Below are positions 11,799 through 19,164 of a DNA stretch of 64,000 nt, in pieces. Origin of the DNA: Candidatus Eiseniibacteriota bacterium (GTDB lineage Bacteria; Eisenbacteria; RBG-16-71-46; SZUA-252); assembly GCA_963703225.1 (NCBI GenBank), contig OY969801.1:800001-864000 (forward strand). The letters run 5' to 3'. The position numbers were made by a program, and so were the translations under genes. The notes below the pieces were generated by a model. That model worked only from the letters and a program-made list of their open reading frames with translations, ran no database searches and was not told where the DNA came from. Every line of letters starts with the position of its first letter. The first letter of the stretch is position 1.

Positions 11799-12227
11799 AT
11801 GAGCCAGAGATACCTGAGCAGCGGCGAGCTTGCCCGCGAGTCGGGCGTGAATTTGGAGACCCTCCGCTACTACGAGCGGCGGGATCTTCTGCCCCGGGTT
11901 GCGCGGACGGCAAGCGGACACCGGCGCTACGACCCTGAAGCGGTCTCACTCCTGAGGCTGATCAAGCGAGCCAAGGACCTCGGATTCACTCTCGCCGAGA
12001 TTCGGGGGCTGCTTCGAGGGCTCGAGCGTCCCAAAGCGGTCTGCGATGACGTCTGCCGGGTGATCGAAGCGAAAATCGGCCATTTGGATCAGGAGCTCAC
12101 GCGATTGAGGTCCCAGCGCGTACGGCTTTCGCGGTTACGGGATGACTGTCCGCGGACGCGGCCGTTGCGGGAGTGCCCGGTCGTCGTCGAGCTCAAGGGC
12201 GCCACACCAAGAAGGAGGAAACGATGA
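11799..12227 (+). CDS. MerR-family heavy-metal-responsive regulator
   Basis: GELARESGVNLETLRYYERRDLLP HTH, LGFTLAEI, Cys ligands in VCDDVC and CPRTRPLRECP. Confidence 0.93.
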   Translation: MSQRYLSSGELARESGVNLETLRYYERRDLLPRVARTASGHRRYDPEAVSLLRLIKRAKDLGFTLAEIRGLLRGLERPKAVCDDVCRVIEAKIGHLDQELTRLRSQRVRLSRLRDDCPRTRPLRECPVVVELKGATPRRRKR

Positions 12228-12340
12228 AACGAATCGTGCTGATGCTGCTCACAATCGGGCTCATCGTGGCGAACGACGCAGTGTCGTGGGGGTCGACCGT
12301 GGCGAATGCTTGCCCAGGGAAGTGCCCGTTCTGCCCCTGA
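12224..12340 (+). CDS. 38-aa micropeptide: signal/TM segment plus Cys-rich tail (MKRIVLMLLTIGLIVANDAVSWGSTVANACPGKCPFCP)
   Basis: AGGAGG RBS, ATGA overlap with the merR stop, terminator immediately after; below the ORF-track length cutoff. Confidence 0.8.
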   Translation: MKRIVLMLLTIGLIVANDAVSWGSTVANACPGKCPFCP

Positions 12341-12361
12341 ACGGAAAGAAGGGCGAAATCC

Positions 12362-12393
12362 GGCCGGCGGCCAGATTTGGTCGCCGGCCCTTT
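12362..12393 (+). terminator. Intrinsic terminator closing the merR-micropeptide unit
   Basis: GGCCGGCGGCCA-GATT-TGGTCGCCGGCC hairpin followed by CTTT. Confidence 0.6.
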
Positions 12394-12531
12394 CATTCCC
12401 AGATAGAATTTGCGCGCCTGTCCCTCTAGTCGCGCTGCACTGAACTGAGGGCGTGGAAGCCCCTTGTCACAACCGGACGCGTTCACCGGTTCCTAGGTGA
12501 GAAAGACGTCCGTGAAAAGGAGGGTCGGAGG

Positions 12532-13419
12532 ATGCAGGGCCGTATCCCGGTTGCAGTCGCCATCGCCGCGATGCTGTGCATTCCCTTAAGCAGGATTGTG
12601 CCCTCGGCGCTGGCGGAACCGCTCCCGCCGAACCAGCGCGACCGCGAGGACGGAATTCCGACCTCGATGCTGGGGTCCTATGTTCAACGCCACGAGCTCT
12701 TGATCTATCCCTCCTACGAATACGTGACCGATCACAACATGGAGTACAACCCTGCAAACCTGGGCTACGGGCTGCAGGAGGATTTCCGCGGAAAGTTTCG
12801 CTCGTCCTCGGGAGGGATCTTCTTTGCTTACGGGGTTACTCGCAAGATCGCGCTGGAGTTCGAGACGGCGTACGAGAAGGCGTCACTCGAGAAGTCTCCC
12901 AGCGACCCATCGACGACTCCCGGCGAGATCAAGGAATCGGGGCTAGCCGACATCGAAGGACAAGTTCGGATCCGGCTGGCCGAGGAGCGCCGCAAGCGGC
13001 CGGAGATATACACGTTCGTCGAAATCACCGCGCCCACCCAGAGAGACGCGCTCCTTATCGGGAGCCCGGACTGGGATGCGCGCCCGGGCATCGGGTTGAT
13101 TCACGGATACCCCTGGGGCACGATGACGATCTGGTCCACGCTCGAGTACAACCGGGAACAGTCGGCCATCCAGGAACCGGCGCACTTCGATATCGGAGAG
13201 ACGGCCATCGAGTACCTGAGGCGCTTTTCGCGGTCCTGGCTGTTCAGCATGGCGTGGGAAGGCGGCGAAGGGGGTGCGCCAGACGAGTGGGAGCTGCGCA
13301 CCGGGATCCAGGGGCCCCTCGCCCATTGGGCGCACTTGAAGATCATCAACTCGGTGGGAGTCTTCTCGAAGTCTCCCGACTGGACGCTGCAAGCCGGGTT
13401 GATGTTCACCATGAAGTGA
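12532..13419 (+). CDS. Exported protein, probable outer-membrane beta-barrel
   Basis: Signal peptide, alternating aromatic beta-strands, C-terminal PDWTLQAGLMF. Confidence 0.65.
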   Translation: MQGRIPVAVAIAAMLCIPLSRIVPSALAEPLPPNQRDREDGIPTSMLGSYVQRHELLIYPSYEYVTDHNMEYNPANLGYGLQEDFRGKFRSSSGGIFFAYGVTRKIALEFETAYEKASLEKSPSDPSTTPGEIKESGLADIEGQVRIRLAEERRKRPEIYTFVEITAPTQRDALLIGSPDWDARPGIGLIHGYPWGTMTIWSTLEYNREQSAIQEPAHFDIGETAIEYLRRFSRSWLFSMAWEGGEGGAPDEWELRTGIQGPLAHWAHLKIINSVGVFSKSPDWTLQAGLMFTMK

Positions 13420-13479
13420 GATCACGGCTGGCCACTCCCGAAGAGGCGGGGACCGCCCAAATGGTCTAAGGTCGGAGTA

Positions 13480-14580
13480 TTGAAAACCTCCGACTTCGAT
13501 TACGACCTTCCCAAAGAACGGATCGCGCAGCACCCGGCGGCGACCCGCGACGCGTCCCGCCTCTTGATCCTCGATCGCGCGAGCGGCGCGATCGCCCACA
13601 GGACCTTCCGCGACCTCCCCGAGTTCCTGCGCCCGGGCGATCTTCTGGTCGTCAACGACACGCGGGTGATTCCGGCGCGGCTCTTTGGGCGGCTCCACCC
13701 CGAGCCCGGGGGCGAGGGCCGCGGGGGCGTGCCGAGCACCGCGAGCCAACCGACCCCGGACCGCGAAATCGAGCTGCTCCTCCTCCGCGAAGAGCCGGCG
13801 GTGGCGCCGGAGCGGATCTGGTCCGCGCTCGCCAAACCCGCCCGCGCGCTCCACCCCGGCGCCATCGTGCGCTTTGTCGATCCCTCCTACGAAGCCGCCA
13901 TCATCTCGATTGGAGAGCGGGGCGTCCGCCGCGTCTCCTTCCGCCCCGCCCAGGACGCCACCTTTCCGTTCGAGGTCTGGCTCGCCCGCGTTGGGCACGT
14001 GCCGCTGCCTCCCTACATCGATCGCTCCGACGAGCCGGGCGACCGCGAGCGCTACCAGACGATCTTCGCCCGCGAAGGTGGATCGGTGGCGGCCCCCACC
14101 GCGGGGCTTCACTTCACCGACGAGACTCTCGCGGCGGTCCGCTCCAGAGGAGCAGCCGTCGAGACCGTGACCCTCCACGTCGGTGCGGGCACGTTTCGGC
14201 CCGTGGCCACCGAAGACCCCGCCGAGCACCTGCTCGACCCCGAGCCCTATCGCGTGCCGCCCGAGACCGCGGCGGCGCTCCAAGCCAACCTGGGCCGCGT
14301 GATCGCCGTGGGCACGACTTCGGTCCGGACCCTCGAGTCGTGGGCCCTCGACGGCCGGCTCGACGACGGCGCGTGGCGTGAGACCGGCCTCTTCATCCTT
14401 CCCCCGTTCCGCTTTCAAGTCGTCCAGGGGCTCGTCACCAACTTCCACCTGCCCCGCTCGAGCCTCCTCATGCTGGTCTGCGCGTTCGCCGGCCGCGAAC
14501 CGGTCCTCGCCGCCTACAACACCGCGGTCCGCGAGGGCTACCGCTTCTATTCCTACGGAGACGCGATGCTGATCCTGTAG
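13480..14580 (+). CDS. queA: S-adenosylmethionine:tRNA ribosyltransferase-isomerase
   Basis: SDFDYDLP, NDTRVIPARL, PLPPYI, VAAPTAGLHF, TNFHLP, YRFYSYGDAM. Confidence 0.98.
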   Translation: MKTSDFDYDLPKERIAQHPAATRDASRLLILDRASGAIAHRTFRDLPEFLRPGDLLVVNDTRVIPARLFGRLHPEPGGEGRGGVPSTASQPTPDREIELLLLREEPAVAPERIWSALAKPARALHPGAIVRFVDPSYEAAIISIGERGVRRVSFRPAQDATFPFEVWLARVGHVPLPPYIDRSDEPGDRERYQTIFAREGGSVAAPTAGLHFTDETLAAVRSRGAAVETVTLHVGAGTFRPVATEDPAEHLLDPEPYRVPPETAAALQANLGRVIAVGTTSVRTLESWALDGRLDDGAWRETGLFILPPFRFQVVQGLVTNFHLPRSSLLMLVCAFAGREPVLAAYNTAVREGYRFYSYGDAMLIL

Positions 14581-14626
14581 CCGCCAGGGTCCCCGGCTTC
14601 GTTCTGCACGGCGCATCGCAATTCGC

Positions 14627-14653
14627 TCAAGTTTTCGCCGCATTTGCCGATCC
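14627..14653 (+). promoter_or_regulatory. Putative sigma28 (FliA) promoter
   Basis: TCAAGTTT-N11-GCCGATCC versus consensus TAAAGTTT-N11-GCCGATAA. Confidence 0.7.
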
Positions 14654-14698
14654 ATTGTTCAAGCAATCCCCGCCGATTCCATCCGTTAACTCCCCGCA

Positions 14699-14711
14699 AA
14701 ACAACGACTTA
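14699..14711 (+). promoter_or_regulatory. Putative IHF site
   Basis: AAACAACGACTTA versus WATCAANNNNTTR (one mismatch), about 30 bp upstream of a sigma54 site. Confidence 0.5.
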
Positions 14712-14739
14712 ATCCGATCCTGCCCGCATGGCTCGAAAC

Positions 14740-14754
14740 GGGCACGAGCATTGC
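14740..14754 (+). promoter_or_regulatory. Putative sigma54 promoter
   Basis: GGGCACG-AGCA-TTGC with exact GG-N10-GC spacing. Confidence 0.7.
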
Positions 14755-14844
14755 CCTCTCCTTGGCTCAGGAGTGGCCGGAAGGGGCGCGTCCAGGGGGA
14801 CACGCGATCCGGCCCAAACGGGGAGCACAGGGAGGGATACCGAG

Positions 14845-15000
14845 ATGACCCGCGTCAAGACCCGCAGCAGGAAGGGAAGCCGCTCCCGTCGCGCGAGCGA
14901 CGACCGCACGGTGGCCGTCGAGGAGATCCGGAACCGCCGCTACATCGCGTTCGTGCGCGCCATCGTCGGCGCCGCTCGGGTTCGCAATTCGTCTCGCTAG
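14845..15000 (+). CDS. Small basic protein (51 aa), first gene of the flagellum-derived operon
   Basis: GGGAGG RBS before ATG 14845; stop is followed by the RBS of the next gene. Confidence 0.5.
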   Translation: MTRVKTRSRKGSRSRRASDDRTVAVEEIRNRRYIAFVRAIVGAARVRNSSR

Positions 15001-15015
15001 GGGGAGAGGGCTGAC

Positions 15016-15327
15016 GTGTCGCGCTTACTCACACCAGAAGAGATCAAAGCCCTGCTCGCCGTTGACGAGCCCTGCGTCCCGGCGCCGCGGGAGCGGTTTC
15101 GCATCGTCGTCGACGCGGGTCACGCCGACTTGACGCCCGAGGATGTCGCGGGCCTCAAGCCGGGCTCGACGATCCCGCTCAACCGAAAGTCGGGCGAGCC
15201 TGTCGAGATCGTGGCCAACGCCGTCACCGTCGCACGAGGAGAGCTAGTGGAGATCGGCGGCAGGATCGCCGTGCGCGTCCTGTCCATGGAGAACCCGCCG
15301 GATCGGGCAGGGAGGTGCCAGTCATGA
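15016..15327 (+). CDS. Mini FliY/FliN-like switch protein (CheY-binding peptide fused to a SpoA domain)
   Basis: LLTPEEIKALL resembles LSQxEIDALL; LKPGSTIPLNRKSGEPVEIVAN..VARGELVEIGGRIAVRV is the FliMN C-terminal pattern. Confidence 0.8.
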   Translation: MSRLLTPEEIKALLAVDEPCVPAPRERFRIVVDAGHADLTPEDVAGLKPGSTIPLNRKSGEPVEIVANAVTVARGELVEIGGRIAVRVLSMENPPDRAGRCQS

Positions 15328-15677
15328 ACCCGACCTTCGTCTACACCGTCGCGATCGCGGTCGCGGCCGTCACCATTTACGGCGTCCTGCGCGCGTGGTC
15401 GCGCCGGGAGGAAGCGGAGAGCGAATCCTCCGACGAGGCGCCTCCGGAGATCCGCGTCCTCACCCGCTCGCGCATGGGGCGTGGACGCACGCTCGTCGTC
15501 GTGGAGGTGGAGGGGCGTCGACTCCTGCTCGGGTCGACCCGCTCGGAGTGGTGCGCCCTCGCCGATCTCGGCACGGGGCCGGCCAAGCCGTCGGACGATC
15601 CCTTTGCCCCATTCGATGCCGAGCTGACGCGCGCCATGCACGCGACGCGGTACCGGAAGGGATGGAAGCACTCGTGA
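15324..15677 (+). CDS. fliO: FliO-like membrane protein
   Basis: One TM helix then IRVLTRSRMGRGRTLVVVEVEGRRLLLGST; follows the fliN-like gene with ATGA overlap. Confidence 0.75.
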   Translation: MNPTFVYTVAIAVAAVTIYGVLRAWSRREEAESESSDEAPPEIRVLTRSRMGRGRTLVVVEVEGRRLLLGSTRSEWCALADLGTGPAKPSDDPFAPFDAELTRAMHATRYRKGWKHS

Positions 15678-15807
15678 TCCTGGCCCGCGCTCACGCGCTC
15701 GGGGAACCGAGCAGAAGTTGGGCGCCGCGGGTGCCGGACACGCGGAATTGGCCGCGCCAGAACGCGCGGCGCTGCTCCAAGTAGCGTCGAAGGTGCTCTT
15801 TAGATCG

Positions 15808-15823
15808 CGGCATACGCCTTGCT
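15808..15823 (+). promoter_or_regulatory. Second putative sigma54 promoter, upstream of flhG
   Basis: CGGCATACGCCTTGCT, GG-N10-GC. Confidence 0.6.
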
Positions 15824-15886
15824 CTATCCGCCATGTCCACCACGACGATTACCGGACCTGAGCATCCAGCTCCGAGGAACGAAGGA

Positions 15887-16840
15887 ATGAGCGACATCAC
15901 CGGGAAAATCGAAGGGAAGGCAAAGCCAAGCGCTTCCGCCGGGCGAAGCCGGAACAAGGCCGGGAAACCGGCCCGGCCCCGGAGAGCCGCAAGAGCGGCG
16001 TTCGCCCCACCTCCGTCGCGCCCCCGCCGCCGCGTCATCGCGGTGACCAGCGGAAAGGGCGGCGTGGGCAAGACGAACATCGTGACCAACCTGGCCATCG
16101 CGCTCGCACGCCAGGGAATCCGCGTCCTGATTCTGGACGGGGATCTCGGATTGGCCAACGTCGATCTGCTCCTGGGCGTCGCGCCGCAATTCGACCTTCA
16201 GGACGTGATCTTGGGAAACCGGAGCATCCGCGACATCGTTCTCGAGGGGCCCGACGGCATCCGCGTCATTCCCGCCTCGAGCGGCGTCGAGGAGCTGGCG
16301 AACCTGGACGAGTATCGCACCGAAGTGCTCCTTCGCTCCCTCGCGGAGCTGGAGCACGAGACCGACATCATCTTGATCGACTCGCCCTCCGGCATCGGCC
16401 AGCACGCCACGTCGCTCATCCAGGGAGCCGACCGGATCCTCGTCGTGACCACGCCCGAGCCCACTTCCTTCTCCGATGCCTACGCCATGATCAAGGTCCT
16501 CGTGAAGCGGCCGCTTCGCGCCACGCCGGCCCTGCTCGTGAACCAGGCTGACTCCGAAGACGCCGCGCTCGCCGTCGCGCGCCGCGTGAAGGGCGTCGCC
16601 AAGCGCTTCTTGAACCTCGATATCGATTACTGGGGCTACGTCCTCGCGGACGAGTCGGTGCCCAAGTCGGTTCTCCGCCAGGAGCCGTTCCTCTCCACCT
16701 ATCCCTACTCGCCCGCGTCGAGCTGCATCTACCAGCTCGCGCGCCGCGTCCTGGGCCAACCCGACCGCTCCGGCTCGGACGACACGACGCCGGGGCCGTT
16801 CGCCCTCGTTACCCGCGACGAAGTGCCGGAGGAGGTCTAG
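15887..16840 (+). CDS. flhG: FlhG/FleN MinD-like ATPase (alternative start 15833)
   Basis: VTSGKGGVGKT, DGDLGLANVDLLLG, TTPEPTSFSDAYAMIK. Confidence 0.9.
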   Translation: MSDITGKIEGKAKPSASAGRSRNKAGKPARPRRAARAAFAPPPSRPRRRVIAVTSGKGGVGKTNIVTNLAIALARQGIRVLILDGDLGLANVDLLLGVAPQFDLQDVILGNRSIRDIVLEGPDGIRVIPASSGVEELANLDEYRTEVLLRSLAELEHETDIILIDSPSGIGQHATSLIQGADRILVVTTPEPTSFSDAYAMIKVLVKRPLRATPALLVNQADSEDAALAVARRVKGVAKRFLNLDIDYWGYVLADESVPKSVLRQEPFLSTYPYSPASSCIYQLARRVLGQPDRSGSDDTTPGPFALVTRDEVPEEV

Positions 16841-16842
16841 GG

Positions 16843-17088
16843 ATGCGGCGCCTCATCATCCGCCTCACCGCCATCACCTCGCTCGCGGCCGCGCTCCTCG
16901 CCGGCGGGATCGGCGTCGTGACAGGGATTTCCTGGCCCGTCGTCGTCCTTCGCTCCGCCCTCGCGCTCGTCATCGTCGTCCTGGTTGGCGGGGGAACGGG
17001 TTTGATTCTCATGAGAACCGCGTTGCGCCGCTACTACGAGCAGCGGCGCGTCACCTCCGGCGACCGGCAGGTCCGGGCCGACCGGTAG
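16843..17088 (+). CDS. Small two-TM protein between flhG and fliA
   Basis: GGAGG RBS, two hydrophobic helices, tight operon spacing. Confidence 0.7.
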   Translation: MRRLIIRLTAITSLAAALLAGGIGVVTGISWPVVVLRSALALVIVVLVGGGTGLILMRTALRRYYEQRRVTSGDRQVRADR

Positions 17089-17106
17089 CGCCCGAGGAAC
17101 CCCACC

Positions 17107-17877
17107 ATGGCCTCCATGTCCGTACTGCACACGCTCGCCAATCGACCCCCGCGCTCGAGGAGCAGGAAAGAGCGCCAAAAGGAGGTCGCGCTCAGCAAGT
17201 ACGCGCCGCTGGTCAAGTACGTCGTCGACCGGCTGGCGCTCCACCTACCGAAATCGGTCGAGCGGGACGACCTGATCTCCGCCGCGATCATCGGGCTCTT
17301 CGACGCGCTGGAGAAGTACGACGCGTCCAAGGGCACCAAGTTCGAGACCTACGCCATCTGGCGGATCCGGGGCGCCATCCTGGACGAGCTTCGCTCCCTC
17401 GACTGGGCGTCGCGGTCGATACGACGGAAGGCCCGGAACGTGGAGGAGGTCGCGAGGGATCTGGGCCAGAGACTGGGGCGCGCCGCGACCGAGGAAGAGG
17501 TGGCCGAGGCGCTCAACCTGAGCCCGGTCGAGCTATCGCGGCTCCTCGACGAGGTGCACGGGACCGCGCTCCTCTCCCTATCCAAGTCGGTTTCGAGCGA
17601 CGAGGAGCAGGACTTCATCCAGCTCGAGGACATCGTCGACGACCCCGCGCATCGGGACGCGCTCGATCAGATCGAGACCGAAGAGGCGCGCGAGGTGCTG
17701 CTCGAGACGATCGACGGGCTGCCGGAGCAGCAGCGGCTGGTGGTGGCGCTCTACTACTACGAAGAGATGACGCTGAAGGAGATCGGCGAGGCGCTCCACA
17801 TCTCCGAATCGCGCGTCTCGCAGATCCACACCCGCGCCGTGAAGACCTTGAAGGCCCGTCTGGGCCGCGTTCTCTAG
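17107..17877 (+). CDS. fliA: RNA polymerase sigma28 factor FliA/WhiG
   Basis: KFETYAIWRIRGAILDELRSLDW, LYYYEEMTLKEIGEALHISESRVSQIH. Confidence 0.95.
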   Translation: MASMSVLHTLANRPPRSRSRKERQKEVALSKYAPLVKYVVDRLALHLPKSVERDDLISAAIIGLFDALEKYDASKGTKFETYAIWRIRGAILDELRSLDWASRSIRRKARNVEEVARDLGQRLGRAATEEEVAEALNLSPVELSRLLDEVHGTALLSLSKSVSSDEEQDFIQLEDIVDDPAHRDALDQIETEEAREVLLETIDGLPEQQRLVVALYYYEEMTLKEIGEALHISESRVSQIHTRAVKTLKARLGRVL

Positions 17878-17883
17878 CGATCC

Positions 17884-18769
17884 ATGACCAAGACCATCGA
17901 CGCCACCTCCCTGAAGCGCGTCACCGAGGGGATGGTCGCGCTTCCGACCCTCCCGCTCGTCGCCTACCGCGTCATCGAGGCGGTGGCGCAGCCCGAGACC
18001 AGCTCCGAGGAAGTGGCCCGGATCCTCGCCCTCGACCCCTCGCTCACCGCGCGCACGCTTCGCCTGGCCAACTCCGATTTCTACGGGTTCCCGCGGAAGG
18101 TGGGGAGCGTCGATTTGGCGGTCGTCGTCCTGGGATCGAACACCCTCCGCGACCTCGTCTTGAGCGCGTCCGTATTCAAGACCCTCGGCGAGAGCGACGA
18201 GGAGATGGAAGGGCTCTGGAACCACTCGCTCGCGTGCGGCGTGGCCGCGCGGTCCCTCGCCGACCGGTGCGGCTACCGGTTGAGCAGCGAGGCCTACGCG
18301 GCGGGGCTGCTTCACGACATTGGAAAGGTTGTACTGCGCCAGACCGACCCCGAGCGCTTTCGGGCGGTGGTCGCGATGGTGCGGGAGCAGGGGGAGGCGA
18401 TGGAGGACGCGGAGCGAGGCCTGTTCGGCTCGAGCCACGCCGAGGTTGGCGCGTGGCTCGCCGAGCGGTGGGGACTTCCCGCCGACCTCGTGGAAGCAAT
18501 CGCCTGCCATCACCGGCCGGAGGCCGCGACACGGAACGAGGAGCTCGCGGCGCTGGTACACGTCGCCAATTCCCTCACGGAGCGGGCGGGGCTTTCGTGG
18601 CCCAACGGGGTCGATGACGCGCCCCATCTCGCCCTCGACGTGGGAGCTGGTGGAGGCCGACGAGCGGCGTCGAGAGACGCTTCTGGAAGAGCTCGTCGAG
18701 GACGTGGTCCGCGAGACCGAGCGGGAGCGAACGCTCTTCGCCGAATTCCGCGGCCCACAGGAGGATTGA
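17884..18769 (+). CDS. HDOD domain protein, frameshift near 18615
   Basis: LPTLP, DPSLTARTLRLANS, WNHS, AGLLHDIGK, HAEVG..WGLP..HH. Confidence 0.9.
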
Positions 18770-18773
18770 GTTC

Positions 18774-19139
18774 ATGGGCGTCGCCGCAACCAAGTCCGCG
18801 CACGATCGCGCGATCGAGATCCGGGTCCGTTTCGAGCCCGGCCTGGGAGCGTCTCTCTACGCGTCGCTCCAGGACGGCGAGGTGAGCCCGGTCACGGTCG
18901 CGAAGACGCTGGGGCGCGGCCGCGCGATCTTGCGCTACCACGGCTACACGCTGATGGCGCATGGCGCACCGGACTGGAAGGTCGGGGACACGTTCTCCGT
19001 GTTCGTGAAGGAAATGGGACCGCCGCTGGTGCTGGCGCCGGTGGGCCCAGGGAGCCAGGGAGGGAAGCCGGTCGCCACGGTCGAAACGGCGGTGGTGCCA
19101 GGAGTTGTCGATCGTCCCGGGAACGGCATCCGGCCCTGA
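18774..19139 (+). CDS. Hypothetical small beta-domain protein, possibly related to the N-terminal domain of FliK-like proteins
   Basis: LQDGEV..VTVAKTLGRGRAILRY.G..L.A....WKVGDTFSVFV..MGPPLVL pattern; in operon. Confidence 0.5.
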   Translation: MGVAATKSAHDRAIEIRVRFEPGLGASLYASLQDGEVSPVTVAKTLGRGRAILRYHGYTLMAHGAPDWKVGDTFSVFVKEMGPPLVLAPVGPGSQGGKPVATVETAVVPGVVDRPGNGIRP

Positions 19140-19164
19140 TCGAGAGAGGCCAAGGAGGAAGGCC

